Virus record (IMG/VR): IMGVR_UViG_3300014204_000115
Location: 1-51,636 of that record
Length of the DNA: 51,636 bases
From: a virus
Lineage: Duplodnaviria > Heunggongvirae > Uroviricota > Caudoviricetes
Reading direction: 5' to 3' (one strand)
A program made the position numbers and the translations under genes. Positions 17,783 to 27,542 of this stretch are shown in pieces. Under the pieces are notes generated by a model. That model made no database searches. It was not told the DNA's origin and saw only the letters and a list, made by a program, of their open reading frames with translations. Each line of letters opens with the position of its first letter. Positions within the stretch are counted from its first letter, which is position 1.

Positions 17783-18331
17783 ATGGATAAAAAATCTGTA
17801 CATCAATCTTTAATGGACGAGGGTTATGACTTATGGGATAAAAATTCTGATTTTTTATGTTATGAAGAGTTTCTAGATCTTGCGCAAGAAAAATTAGGAT
17901 TTTTATATAGAGAAGCTGTAATAACAGGTAATTTAAATTATCAAGTTGGAAATGGCGGATTTCACCAATGGAATGCTAATGAATATAGCGTATGTATTGA
18001 TGAATTAATTAATTTTTTCCAACAAAATTTTGATAAAGAAAATAAAATTATTATATCTGTATTACATATTTTAGAAGAGGTTTCTGAAACTATTAACTGG
18101 GTTGAAGATGGAAAAAAAGAAATTAAAAAAGTAGATTATGATTATAGAGAATTTTTTAATGAAAGATTAGATGATTATCTATATGATAATCTAGGCAGAT
18201 CTGATGAATCATACTATAAGATAAATGAAGAATTAATGGAAATTCTAGAAGAATTTTTTTCTAATAAATTAAACGAGAAAAATGGAGAGAGTAACAAAAG
18301 TACCCTCTCCGAAACTTCATCAAGTAATTAA
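17783..18331 (+). CDS. DMP19/DUF4375-like acidic protein
   Basis: LNYQVGNGGFHQW.N resembles the EV.NGGF.QY..N signature; D/E-rich. Confidence 0.6.
   Translation: MDKKSVHQSLMDEGYDLWDKNSDFLCYEEFLDLAQEKLGFLYREAVITGNLNYQVGNGGFHQWNANEYSVCIDELINFFQQNFDKENKIIISVLHILEEVSETINWVEDGKKEIKKVDYDYREFFNERLDDYLYDNLGRSDESYYKINEELMEILEEFFSNKLNEKNGESNKSTLSETSSSN
18278..18310 (-). terminator. Intrinsic terminator
   Basis: GGAGAGGGUA / UACUCUCUCC (one G-U) then AUUUUU on minus strand. Confidence 0.6.
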
Positions 18332-18375
18332 ATCAAAGTAATTAATAAGAATTTAAATTATGTTCTAATAAATTT

Positions 18376-19101
18376 TTAAATTAAGTTATATTTTTTTAGA
18401 GATTCTTTTATTTGAGTTATTGATGGTTTTGATCCTGAAATATTAATAATTCTCCATCCATCTTTCTTTAAAATTACATCTCTACTATGTTTTGGTACAT
18501 CTTGATTGTGCCAAAAAGTATTAGGAAATTCAATATTTAATTTTAAGGATGGAATACAAATATCTGTTATTAATCTATATTCTAGATGACCTGATAAACT
18601 AGTTTTTTCAATATAAAATGAATTCTTTAAATCATAAAAATAAAAAAGTAAAAAATCTAATATTTTTAATTTATCTTTATGAATAATATTATTAGGATCA
18701 GGAAATTTAGTATTAGTTTTTTCTTTTGAAAATTCTTTTACTTCATCAATAAAATTTGTTACTGATTCTGTAAATTCTTTTGTAACAACAGGAATTTTAT
18801 CAAGATTAAAATCTCCAAGACAATCTTCAATCATAATTTCCTGTTTGGGTTTAATTTCTTCTTCAATTATTTCTTCTTTTATAATATCTGAATTATTATT
18901 TCCTTCAAATAGTTTAACATTTTTTAATCTTTGTTTTGCACTATAAGCTTTACTAACTGTTGGATAATCTTTATATTTTTGAATGTATTCTGTTACTGTC
19001 ATATTATGAAATTTTAAGTGATTATAAGTTAATTGATTTAAACCCTTTCCACATTCTTGACAAAGGATTAATCCTTTTTCATCATATATCTCCATCTTCA
19101 A
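18376..19101 (-). CDS. Zinc finger plus degenerate DUF559/Vsr-like domain protein
   Basis: CQECG..HLKFH; DICIPSLKLNIEFPNTFWH..RD..GW; late motif at 19133-19148. Confidence 0.7.
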   Translation of the reverse strand: MKMEIYDEKGLILCQECGKGLNQLTYNHLKFHNMTVTEYIQKYKDYPTVSKAYSAKQRLKNVKLFEGNNNSDIIKEEIIEEEIKPKQEIMIEDCLGDFNLDKIPVVTKEFTESVTNFIDEVKEFSKEKTNTKFPDPNNIIHKDKLKILDFLLFYFYDLKNSFYIEKTSLSGHLEYRLITDICIPSLKLNIEFPNTFWHNQDVPKHSRDVILKKDGWRIINISGSKPSITQIKESLKKYNLI

Positions 19102-19174
19102 TATTTCCTTTCAAATTTTAATAAATCGTTTAATTTATAATATGTTCTAAATTTTTTTAAGAAAGGTTAAATTT

Positions 19175-19474
19175 ATGGATAGAAAAAAAAGTGTTACCCT
19201 AACAAAAGAGGAATTTAAAAAATCTCAATACTATGGTGATAAAGATTGTTCATACTGGATATCTCAAGGAAAACCAATTGTATGGATTGAGGAATATAAT
19301 AAAGATGGAGTTCAGGGTTATAGTGATATTGGATATGGATGTTTAAAGTTAGTTATAGATGGACAGGAATCAGTATCATATAATGGAAATTGTGTAGTTT
19401 TTAAAAATTATGTTTTATTATCACCTTATTATGGTGATGAATATGAAGGAAAAGTTTTTAAAATGATGAACTAG
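19175..19474 (+). CDS. Hypothetical protein
   Basis: AAAGG RBS. Confidence 0.7.
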   Translation: MDRKKSVTLTKEEFKKSQYYGDKDCSYWISQGKPIVWIEEYNKDGVQGYSDIGYGCLKLVIDGQESVSYNGNCVVFKNYVLLSPYYGDEYEGKVFKMMN

Positions 19475-19484
19475 AAAGGATAAT

Positions 19485-19733
19485 ATGACTCCAAAAATAA
19501 AAGAACTGTTTAGAATAGTTATGTATTTTGTATCATATGTAATTGTAACTGTATTAGCTTTTTATGGTCTAATTACTTTTTATCAAAAACACTGTTCAAT
19601 ACTTTTTTCAAAGTACGTTTATCAATTTAATAATTTTTTACAAACTGGAAATAATATAGCTATTATAGTAATATTATTTCTATTAATTTTTGGATCTTAT
19701 AATTGTTACAAAAATTATAAAACAAGAAAATAA
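19485..19733 (+). CDS. Two-TM membrane protein
   Basis: Two hydrophobic segments; AAGGA RBS. Confidence 0.7.
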   Translation: MTPKIKELFRIVMYFVSYVIVTVLAFYGLITFYQKHCSILFSKYVYQFNNFLQTGNNIAIIVILFLLIFGSYNCYKNYKTRK

Positions 19734-19795
19734 TTAAAAGATTATAATTATTATTGATTATTAAAACTTTTAAAAAAGAAAAAGGAGATTTTTAA

Positions 19796-20596
19796 ATGAG
19801 TAAAACGAGAATTGAGTTTCTAATTATTGATCCACAGAATGATTTTTGTGATCCAAAGGGTTCTTTATATGTAGATGGAGCTGATCAGGATTCTATTCGT
19901 CTTGCAAAAACACTTACAAGATTAAAGGATAGGATTGATGATATCCACGTTACATTGGATACACACCATTATATGGATATCGCACATCCAATTTTCTGGG
20001 TTAATTCAAAAAATGAACATCCAAATCCTTTTACGTTGATTTCAAAATCTGATTTAAAAAATGGAACATGGATGACCAAAGATCCAAAGTGCATGAAGAG
20101 AGCAACACAATATGTTGAAACACTTGAAGTTAATAATAGATATCTACTTTGTATCTGGCCTCCACATTGTCTAATTGGAACACCTGGACATAATGTAGTA
20201 CCTGTAGTATTCAACACATTGTTGGAGTGGGAAAAGAAATTTAAGATGGTAGATTATGTAACAAAGGGGTCTAATTTCTGGACCGAGCATTATTCTGCAG
20301 TTCAGGCTGACGTTCCAGATCCTCAAGATCCCGGTACAATGCTAAACACCAAGCTTATTCAAACTCTTCAGAATGCAGATATTATTGCTCTCTCTGGTCA
20401 AGCTCTTTCTCATTGTGTTGCAAATACAGTTCGAGATATTGCAAATAATTTTGGAGAAGATAATATTAAAAAGTTGACACTTCTTATTGATACAACAAGT
20501 TCTGTTAAGGGTTTTGAACAGATGGGTATTGACTTTCTAGAAGAAATGAAAAGAAGAGGAATGCAAATTTCTACAGCTGAAGATTTTTTAAAGTAA
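19796..20596 (+). CDS. pncA: Nicotinamidase / isochorismatase-family cysteine hydrolase
   Basis: IIDPQNDFC, GSLYV.GA, TLDTH, WPPHC, TKG, EHYSA, GQALSHCV. Confidence 0.85.
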   Translation: MSKTRIEFLIIDPQNDFCDPKGSLYVDGADQDSIRLAKTLTRLKDRIDDIHVTLDTHHYMDIAHPIFWVNSKNEHPNPFTLISKSDLKNGTWMTKDPKCMKRATQYVETLEVNNRYLLCIWPPHCLIGTPGHNVVPVVFNTLLEWEKKFKMVDYVTKGSNFWTEHYSAVQADVPDPQDPGTMLNTKLIQTLQNADIIALSGQALSHCVANTVRDIANNFGEDNIKKLTLLIDTTSSVKGFEQMGIDFLEEMKRRGMQISTAEDFLK

Positions 20597-20616
20597 GATA
20601 TTAAGAGGACTATTTA

Positions 20617-21156
20617 ATGGTAAATGATTTTAAAGTTAAATGTAAAGAGTGTGGATCAATATTCCCTTTTAAAAAAATTATAGAAGATTTTATCCCAGAA
20701 AAAGATTTTTTACGTGCAAAAGTTGGTAAAAACAATCCATTTATATGGGATCATAAAGATGAATTTAAAGCTTTAAAATGTCCAATTTGCGAACTTTTTG
20801 CTTATGATGGTTTTGAAGAAGTTGGTTTTGAAGAAGTCAATAAAGAGAAACAAAAAGCTCCAGATGAAAAAGATGTACTTATCCAACAAATTCTAGAATA
20901 TTTAGAATATGGTACAAAATTTGAACCAGTTTTTGAAAAACTAAAAGTTATTTTATCTGTTTATAAACCATATATTAAAGATTTCACGGAATATTGTATT
21001 GATACTTCAGTAGAAGTAAGGAAGAGACTTTTTGATGGTTTTACAGCATATGGTTTTACAAGAGAAGAATCTTTACAGTTAACTATTTCTTCTTATAATG
21101 AATTTAAAAACTCAATAAAAGATTTTTCTAATAGTATGAAAGGAGTTAAAAAATAA
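20617..21156 (+). CDS. Zinc-ribbon hypothetical protein
   Basis: CKEC...CPIC. Confidence 0.7.
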   Translation: MVNDFKVKCKECGSIFPFKKIIEDFIPEKDFLRAKVGKNNPFIWDHKDEFKALKCPICELFAYDGFEEVGFEEVNKEKQKAPDEKDVLIQQILEYLEYGTKFEPVFEKLKVILSVYKPYIKDFTEYCIDTSVEVRKRLFDGFTAYGFTREESLQLTISSYNEFKNSIKDFSNSMKGVKK

Positions 21157-21159
21157 GTA

Positions 21160-21915
21160 ATGACCAATCTAATGAATTCCAATGATCTAGAAGTAATTAA
21201 AATTGCAGGCGCAGGTAGTTTTCAATTTTCAGCTATTCGTCCAGAAGATCTAGGAGCAACAGAGTATACACTTGTTACAATTGTAGTTGATATTACAGGA
21301 AGTGTTCAATATTTTTCAAGTGATCTTCTAAAATGTGTCAAACAAATTGTTGAAGCATGTAAGAAATCACCAAGAGCAGAAAATCTTCTAATTCGAATTG
21401 TTACATTTAATTATTGTGATAATATTCAAGAGCTTCATGGTTTTAAACTTCTAAGTTTAATTGATCCAAATGATTATAAATCTTTTAAATGCGATGGAAT
21501 GACAGCTCTTTTTGATGCATCATATGAATCTATCGCAGCAACTCTTACCTATTCAAAAAGTCTTATTGATCAGGATTATTACTGTAATGGATGTATCTAT
21601 ATTATTACAGATGGAGTGGATAATAATTCAAAAGTTGCAACAAAAGATATGATTAAGAAGAAGCTTCTTGAATCAACTAAAAATGAAGTAATTGAATCTC
21701 TTATTACTGTACTAATTGGTATTAATACAACTGATGATGAGTGTAAAAAATTTCTTGAAAAATTTAAAAATGATTCAGATCTTACTCAATATGTAGATGT
21801 TGGAGAAGCTACTCCACAAAAACTTGCGAAATTAGCCGGATTTGTTTCTAAAAGTATTTCAAGTACCAGTCAGGCACTAGGCACAGGAACTGCATCACAA
21901 CCACTTATATTCTAA
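21160..21915 (+). CDS. vWA domain protein (TerY/YegL-like)
   Basis: MIDAS-like DITGS, GMTALFDA, IITDG.DN.S. Confidence 0.85.
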   Translation: MTNLMNSNDLEVIKIAGAGSFQFSAIRPEDLGATEYTLVTIVVDITGSVQYFSSDLLKCVKQIVEACKKSPRAENLLIRIVTFNYCDNIQELHGFKLLSLIDPNDYKSFKCDGMTALFDASYESIAATLTYSKSLIDQDYYCNGCIYIITDGVDNNSKVATKDMIKKKLLESTKNEVIESLITVLIGINTTDDECKKFLEKFKNDSDLTQYVDVGEATPQKLAKLAGFVSKSISSTSQALGTGTASQPLIF

Positions 21916-21968
21916 TTATTTTGCAATTATAAATCTTATTAATAAAAAATAATACATAAATTCTATAA

Positions 21969-22002
21969 AGGAAGATATTTCTTTTACGAGAAATATCTTC
22001 CT
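21969..22002. other. 14-bp perfect intergenic hairpin
   Basis: aggaagatatttct / agaaatatcttcct; no immediate U-tract. Confidence 0.7.
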
Positions 22003-22039
22003 CAATATATTTTTAATCAAAAAAAGGAGTTATAAAAAA

Positions 22040-22888
22040 ATGTACGAAAATTTTTTTTCAGATAAATTTGAAGTTAAAATGGATTGTGTTTTTTTATCTG
22101 CTCAAAAACCAAAAAAGAATTGTCAGGATTATTGTTTAGTAGATGAAAATAAATTTTTTAAATATGCAGTTTTATCCGATGGATGCGGTTCTTCAAAGGA
22201 TACTGGTTTTGGTTCTCAATTATTAGTTCAAGTTACAAAATCATTTTTAAATAGTGAAAAATATAATGATTATTCAACTTTTAATAATTTACGTCAATTA
22301 GGCAATGATGTTATATTTAAGTGTAGAGATATAATTAGATCTATCCCAATATGTGAAGAATGTCTTGATGCTACATTATCAGTTTGTATCATAACAGATG
22401 ATAAGATTCTTGTAAATATGTATGGTGATGGAAGTCTTATAGAAGTAGATAAAAAAAATGAGATTCATTTTATTAAAACAATATCTTTTGATGGTAATGC
22501 ACCATTTTATTTATCATATAATTTAAATGAAAAAAGGAAAAAAAGTTATTTTGAATCTTTCGGAAATCAACGAATAGATTTTTATAGTAGAAATGGTTTA
22601 TCTACTTTAAATGATGTAGAACCAAATTTACCTTCTCTTGATATTGGAGACCTAGAAGATGTTAGTTTAATAATACTTACTTCTGATGGAATTGAATCTT
22701 TCTATAATTATAAAACTGGAGATAGAATTTCATCTATAGATATAGCTAAAGAATTAATAGATATTAAGTCAAAAAGTGGAGAATTTATAAAAAGAAGAGT
22801 TAGAAAAATAATGGATAATTTTGCAGCTAAAGATATTTATAATTCTGATGATTTATCAGTTTGCGCAATTTTAGTTGAGGAAAAATAA
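22040..22888 (+). CDS. PP2C-family phosphatase (YegK/PphC-like)
   Basis: CQD, VLSDGCGS, ATL, YGDG, LTSDG, DDLS. Confidence 0.85.
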   Translation: MYENFFSDKFEVKMDCVFLSAQKPKKNCQDYCLVDENKFFKYAVLSDGCGSSKDTGFGSQLLVQVTKSFLNSEKYNDYSTFNNLRQLGNDVIFKCRDIIRSIPICEECLDATLSVCIITDDKILVNMYGDGSLIEVDKKNEIHFIKTISFDGNAPFYLSYNLNEKRKKSYFESFGNQRIDFYSRNGLSTLNDVEPNLPSLDIGDLEDVSLIILTSDGIESFYNYKTGDRISSIDIAKELIDIKSKSGEFIKRRVRKIMDNFAAKDIYNSDDLSVCAILVEEK

Positions 22889-23113
22889 ATGGATTTACAT
22901 ATAGGAGAAGTTACAAAAATTTCAGCTAGAGAAACAACTATAGCTTTTATAAAAAATAAAAGAATTGCAGACAATATTACATTATTTATTGATTTTGAAA
23001 AAATAAAAGGATTGTATATAGATCTTGATAGAAAACAATTTAAAAAATTATATAATGAGATGACTAAAATTTTTATGCGGGAAAGAAATGTCAAAAATCC
23101 TATTAATAAATAA
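22889..23113 (+). CDS. Hypothetical protein
   Basis: Abuts PP2C stop; GAGG RBS. Confidence 0.65.
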   Translation: MDLHIGEVTKISARETTIAFIKNKRIADNITLFIDFEKIKGLYIDLDRKQFKKLYNEMTKIFMRERNVKNPINK

Positions 23114-23145
23114 AAAAGTAACAGATACATGGAATAGGAGAATAA

Positions 23146-23571
23146 ATGATTAAAGAATTTAAAGATGAGTTTGCATTTCTTTCAAATTTTTATACTGATA
23201 AAGATGGTTTTTGTGTTGAGCTTCATTATCAGGCTATGAAATTTAAAGATAATAATATAATTCAAGAAATTTTAAAAATGACTCCCGGGCAGTCTAAAAA
23301 GTTTACACATCTTCCAGAAAATAAGCCAAGAATCAGAAAAGATTGGGGAAAAGTTAGTTTACATCTAATGGAGTCTTTAGTTAGATATAAATTTTCAAAA
23401 AAATATGAAAAATCTCTTTTACTAAAAACATATAATAAAGAATTAATAGAGGGAAATTATTGGCACGATAATTTTTATGGACATTGCTTCTGTGATAGAT
23501 GTAAAACAATTCCTAAATTTAACCATTTGGGAAAAATTATTATGAAAATAAGAGAGGAGATAAGGGAATGA
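23146..23571 (+). CDS. NADAR (YbiA-like) protein
   Basis: FLSNFY, VE.HYQA.KF, RKDW, LIEGNYWHD, N.LG..IM.IRE. Confidence 0.9.
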   Translation: MIKEFKDEFAFLSNFYTDKDGFCVELHYQAMKFKDNNIIQEILKMTPGQSKKFTHLPENKPRIRKDWGKVSLHLMESLVRYKFSKKYEKSLLLKTYNKELIEGNYWHDNFYGHCFCDRCKTIPKFNHLGKIIMKIREEIRE

Positions 23572-23768
23572 AAAATTTTTTGATAATAATTTTATCCTTT
23601 TGTATAGGATGGTTGGTTAGTATCTTTATTTTTGGAAAACCTTTATTTAACCATTATCTTTATGATATTTTATTAATGATTATTCTTGGAATAATTATGT
23701 TTTTATCTATTAAAATAGGTGATTATTTATTTAAAGTAATAGAATCAAAGCGGAGAAAAAATAAATGA
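23568..23768 (+). CDS. Small two-TM membrane protein
   Basis: Hydrophobic; ATGA overlaps on both sides. Confidence 0.7.
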   Translation: MKNFLIIILSFCIGWLVSIFIFGKPLFNHYLYDILLMIILGIIMFLSIKIGDYLFKVIESKRRKNK

Positions 23769-25459
23769 AATATTTTATTCAAGGAAAAGGTCAAGTTGAT
23801 TTAAATCAAAATGATTTTATTTCTGAAGGTGGAGAGGGAAGAATTTTTAGCAAGGGCAAAACAGTTTATAAGATTTATATTGATTTATCAAAAATGATTC
23901 CCCAATCTAAAATTCAGGAATTATCAGTTCTTAATAAAAATAATATTGTAATTCCAAAAGATTTAATTCTAGATAAAAATAATCAAGTTCAAGGTTATAC
24001 TATGGATTTGGTTCAAGGTGTAGCTCTATGTAAACTTTTTACAAATGATTTTAGAAATAGAAATAATATTGATCCAAATTCAATTTCAAAGTTAGTTGAA
24101 AACATGATAAATACAATAGTATTTATTCATGATAAAAAATGTTTATTAGTAGATGGTAATGAAATGAATTATTTAGTAGACGATGGGATTTTTCAAACTC
24201 CATATTTTATTGATGTCAATTCATATCAAACTCCATCATTTCCCGCTACAGTAATCATGCCATCAATTAGAGATTGGAAAGCTAAAAAATTTACAAATCT
24301 AAGTGATTGGTATTCTTTTGCAATTGTATCCTTTCAACTTTTTATAGGTATTCATCCGTTTAAAGGAAAACATCCAAAATATAAATTAAATCAACTTGAA
24401 GACAGAATGAAGGATGGTGTATCTGTTTTTAATAAAGATGTAAAGGTTCCAGCTACTTGTAGGGATTTTTCATATATTCCAAATGATTTTAGAGAATGGT
24501 ATCTAAAACTATTTGAGAAAGGTGAAAGAATTCCACCACCAAAAGTTATCGGTCTGTTGAATATTTCTCAGGTTAAAGCTTCTATTATTAAAACAACTAA
24601 TAATTTTGAAATTAAATTTAATATGGATTATAAAGAAGAAATTATAAGAGTTAAATTTTACAATGGAAATAAAGTTGTTACAACAAAACAAAATATTTGG
24701 ATAAATAAGATTAATTATAAGATTTCAAGTAGCGAGATTGGCGTAGTTTTTTCTCCAAAAACATTAGATCCAATTTTTGTTAAAATTGTATCTAATAAAC
24801 TTTTATTATTAGATATTAAAACTCAAAAAGTAATTGAAACAAATATTGAATGTACTGAATTTTTAATAATTAATAATACAATTTATGTAAAATTTGAAGG
24901 TAATTTAATTGAGTTGAGTCTAATAGATCTAAATGATAAAGTAATCCAATCCATAAAACATGTTTGGAATATCATGCCAAAATCATCACAATTTTTTGAT
25001 GGATTTATTTATCAAAATGTTTTAGGAAAATCTTATTTAGTTATTCCTAAACCAGAAGTTGCTAAAAATAGTTCATGTCAAATTTTATATATTCCAGACT
25101 TAAATGGTTATAGAATTATCAATGGAAAATATGAAAATGGAATTTGTATGATTATTGGTACCAAAGGAAATACATACGATAAATTAATTTTTAGATTTAA
25201 TGATTCTGGTTCTTATGATTGTAGAATTTTTAACGATGTTGATATCAATTCAATTAACTTTGTATGTTTGGATAATGGTGTTTGTGTTTCAATTAATGAT
25301 GACGAATTAATTGAAATATTTTCCAAAAATTTAAATTCTTCAAAAGTTAATGAAATTAAAGATCCTGATATTAATTCTTCAATGAATCTTTGTAAAGATG
25401 GAACAAGAGTTATGTTTTATAAAAATAATGAATTATATTTTATGTCAATGAGGAAGTAA
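23765..25459 (+). CDS. Ser/Thr kinase (YegI/TerY-K-like) with beta-rich C-terminal domain
   Basis: EGGEG, YKIY, H...VDGNEMN, FIDVNSYQ, SDWYSFA..FQLFIGIHPFKG. Confidence 0.85.
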   Translation: MKYFIQGKGQVDLNQNDFISEGGEGRIFSKGKTVYKIYIDLSKMIPQSKIQELSVLNKNNIVIPKDLILDKNNQVQGYTMDLVQGVALCKLFTNDFRNRNNIDPNSISKLVENMINTIVFIHDKKCLLVDGNEMNYLVDDGIFQTPYFIDVNSYQTPSFPATVIMPSIRDWKAKKFTNLSDWYSFAIVSFQLFIGIHPFKGKHPKYKLNQLEDRMKDGVSVFNKDVKVPATCRDFSYIPNDFREWYLKLFEKGERIPPPKVIGLLNISQVKASIIKTTNNFEIKFNMDYKEEIIRVKFYNGNKVVTTKQNIWINKINYKISSSEIGVVFSPKTLDPIFVKIVSNKLLLLDIKTQKVIETNIECTEFLIINNTIYVKFEGNLIELSLIDLNDKVIQSIKHVWNIMPKSSQFFDGFIYQNVLGKSYLVIPKPEVAKNSSCQILYIPDLNGYRIINGKYENGICMIIGTKGNTYDKLIFRFNDSGSYDCRIFNDVDINSINFVCLDNGVCVSINDDELIEIFSKNLNSSKVNEIKDPDINSSMNLCKDGTRVMFYKNNELYFMSMRK

Positions 25460-25461
25460 AA

Positions 25462-25824
25462 ATGGCAAAATGTTGTTGGAAAGTTGTAACAAAAGAAAGA
25501 AAAAGCTGTTCTGTACCTGGTGGAATATACTCTTTAACTTATAAACAAGGTGAAATTATTAATGCTATTAAGGAAAGCTTTGGAATATTTTGTTTTAGAA
25601 CTAAAAATGATGCTATTATTTTTAGAAAAACTTATAATCTAAGTTGTATGATAATTCGTGTTAAACCATTATGTAGAACGAAAACATCAAAATTTAGATT
25701 TAGTCCAGTTATTTTAAAAAATGAATATTTTTACTTCTTAAAAATAAAAGAATTAGGTTATATGACAACATATAAAGTACCAAAAGGAACAGTTTGTTAC
25801 CAATCAGTTGAAGTATTGGATTAG
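25462..25824 (+). CDS. Hypothetical protein
   Basis: GAGG RBS; operon packing. Confidence 0.7.
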   Translation: MAKCCWKVVTKERKSCSVPGGIYSLTYKQGEIINAIKESFGIFCFRTKNDAIIFRKTYNLSCMIIRVKPLCRTKTSKFRFSPVILKNEYFYFLKIKELGYMTTYKVPKGTVCYQSVEVLD

Positions 25825-25836
25825 GAGGATAATCTA

Positions 25837-26214
25837 ATGAGCGAAAATGAATTTATCTTATTTAGCGATAGTTCAATAGATAGATTAAAATTAATGATAA
25901 GAGGTTGTCAAACTTTCGCTTTAATAGATCATAGTAAAGAATCTCAACGAATTGTAGATAACACAGATGACCATATAAAATATGGTAATAAATGGTGTTT
26001 TGTATTAAATAAAGATTGGAAAATTTATATAAAAACAATAGATGATATACGTACTTGTATTAGTGATTTTATGAGAGGGTATGATACAAGAGTTGAAGAA
26101 GAAAAAGAGATTAAAATTAAAGAACAATGTTTAAAAGATGAAATTGAAGCTTGGAAGATTAATAGAAAAATGAAATTAGATCAAAAAAAGGAATTAATGG
26201 AGGAAAATTATTAA
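25837..26214 (+). CDS. Hypothetical protein
   Basis: AGGAGG RBS. Confidence 0.7.
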   Translation: MSENEFILFSDSSIDRLKLMIRGCQTFALIDHSKESQRIVDNTDDHIKYGNKWCFVLNKDWKIYIKTIDDIRTCISDFMRGYDTRVEEEKEIKIKEQCLKDEIEAWKINRKMKLDQKKELMEENY

Positions 26215-27533
26215 TGAATAATTATATGATTTCAAATCCAAAATATAATATTAATGCAATGAGAATTGGTTGGTATTCTGATAAATATTTTTTAAGAACT
26301 CAAGAAATATTAATGAAGGATAAATATAATCAATCTGTTCATTATCAATATTTTCCAAGAAAAAATGTTACAGTTTGTGGACTTGATCATGTATTAGAAA
26401 TTTATAAACAGTGTACTGGTTATTATTCTGATAGAGAAAGAGCTTGGGAATTATTTTGTGAATTTCAAAAAATTAATCCATATTGTTGTGATGAATTAGA
26501 CATTAATAAATTCTTTAATTTAAACTTGGAATTAAATGATTTATGGGTTAATAAATATGATGAAATTATTTATAATTCATTAGATGAAGCAACCTTTACT
26601 AAAAATATGGAACCTTGTATTGGTATTATAGGGAATCCAAAATATTTTTCTCATCTAGAAACACCAACCCTTGGTATTCTTGCACAGGAGTCGGCTGTAG
26701 CAACTTCAGTAAAAGATGCAGTAGAAGCTATTGGTCCAGATCGAAATCTTTTATTTTTCCCAGCAAGATTTAGACATTATGCTTCTCAGGCACCGGATGG
26801 ATATGCAGCTGGTGTTGCAGGTGTAAAAGCTATGTCTACAGATTCAAATGGAGAATATTGGGGATATAATGGAATCGGAACAATTCCCCATCTACTAATT
26901 GCTGCATATGGTGGAGATACACCAAAAGCTGCATTAAAATTTGATGAAATGATTGATCCAAATGTTGATAGGGTTATCCTAGTTGATTGGGATAATGATT
27001 GTATTGGAACTACAATTAGAACAGTAGCAGCATTTCTTTCAAAATTAGAATATTCTAAATATTATCAAGAATCCTCAAAGCAGGATCTTGATGTTATAGA
27101 TTTATTAAAAGATGCAGATAAATGCAGATATTTTGTAAGAAATCATAGACATGTTATAAAGAATGTAATTGGAAAAGGAAAGGGAAAGATTTTTGGAGTG
27201 AGGTTTGACACTTCAGGGAGTTTGATTGATAAATCTTTACCAAAACTAAAAGAAAATTTTGGAGTTTGTCCACAATTAGTTTTTGAAGCAAGAAGAATAT
27301 TTGATGAACTTGGTATGGAAGATCTAAAAATCTTTGTATCTGGTGGATTTGATCTAGAAAAAATTGAATATTTTAACAAATTTGAAGCGCCTTATGATAT
27401 GATTGGAATTGGTTCCTCAATCGTAAATAAATTTCATTCAGATTTTACTGCAGATGCAGTAATGCTGGATAATGAACCAAATGCTAAAATTGGAAGAGAA
27501 CTTCAATCCTGGAGAAAATTAATCTTAAGATAA
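26214..27533 (+). CDS. pncB: Nicotinate phosphoribosyltransferase-family enzyme
   Basis: YSDKYF, HLET..LG.L, FFPARF.H, GTIPH, LVD.DND, GVRFDTSG, IFVSGG, GIGSS. Confidence 0.8.
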   Translation: MNNYMISNPKYNINAMRIGWYSDKYFLRTQEILMKDKYNQSVHYQYFPRKNVTVCGLDHVLEIYKQCTGYYSDRERAWELFCEFQKINPYCCDELDINKFFNLNLELNDLWVNKYDEIIYNSLDEATFTKNMEPCIGIIGNPKYFSHLETPTLGILAQESAVATSVKDAVEAIGPDRNLLFFPARFRHYASQAPDGYAAGVAGVKAMSTDSNGEYWGYNGIGTIPHLLIAAYGGDTPKAALKFDEMIDPNVDRVILVDWDNDCIGTTIRTVAAFLSKLEYSKYYQESSKQDLDVIDLLKDADKCRYFVRNHRHVIKNVIGKGKGKIFGVRFDTSGSLIDKSLPKLKENFGVCPQLVFEARRIFDELGMEDLKIFVSGGFDLEKIEYFNKFEAPYDMIGIGSSIVNKFHSDFTADAVMLDNEPNAKIGRELQSWRKLILR

Positions 27534-27542
27534 AGAGGAAAT

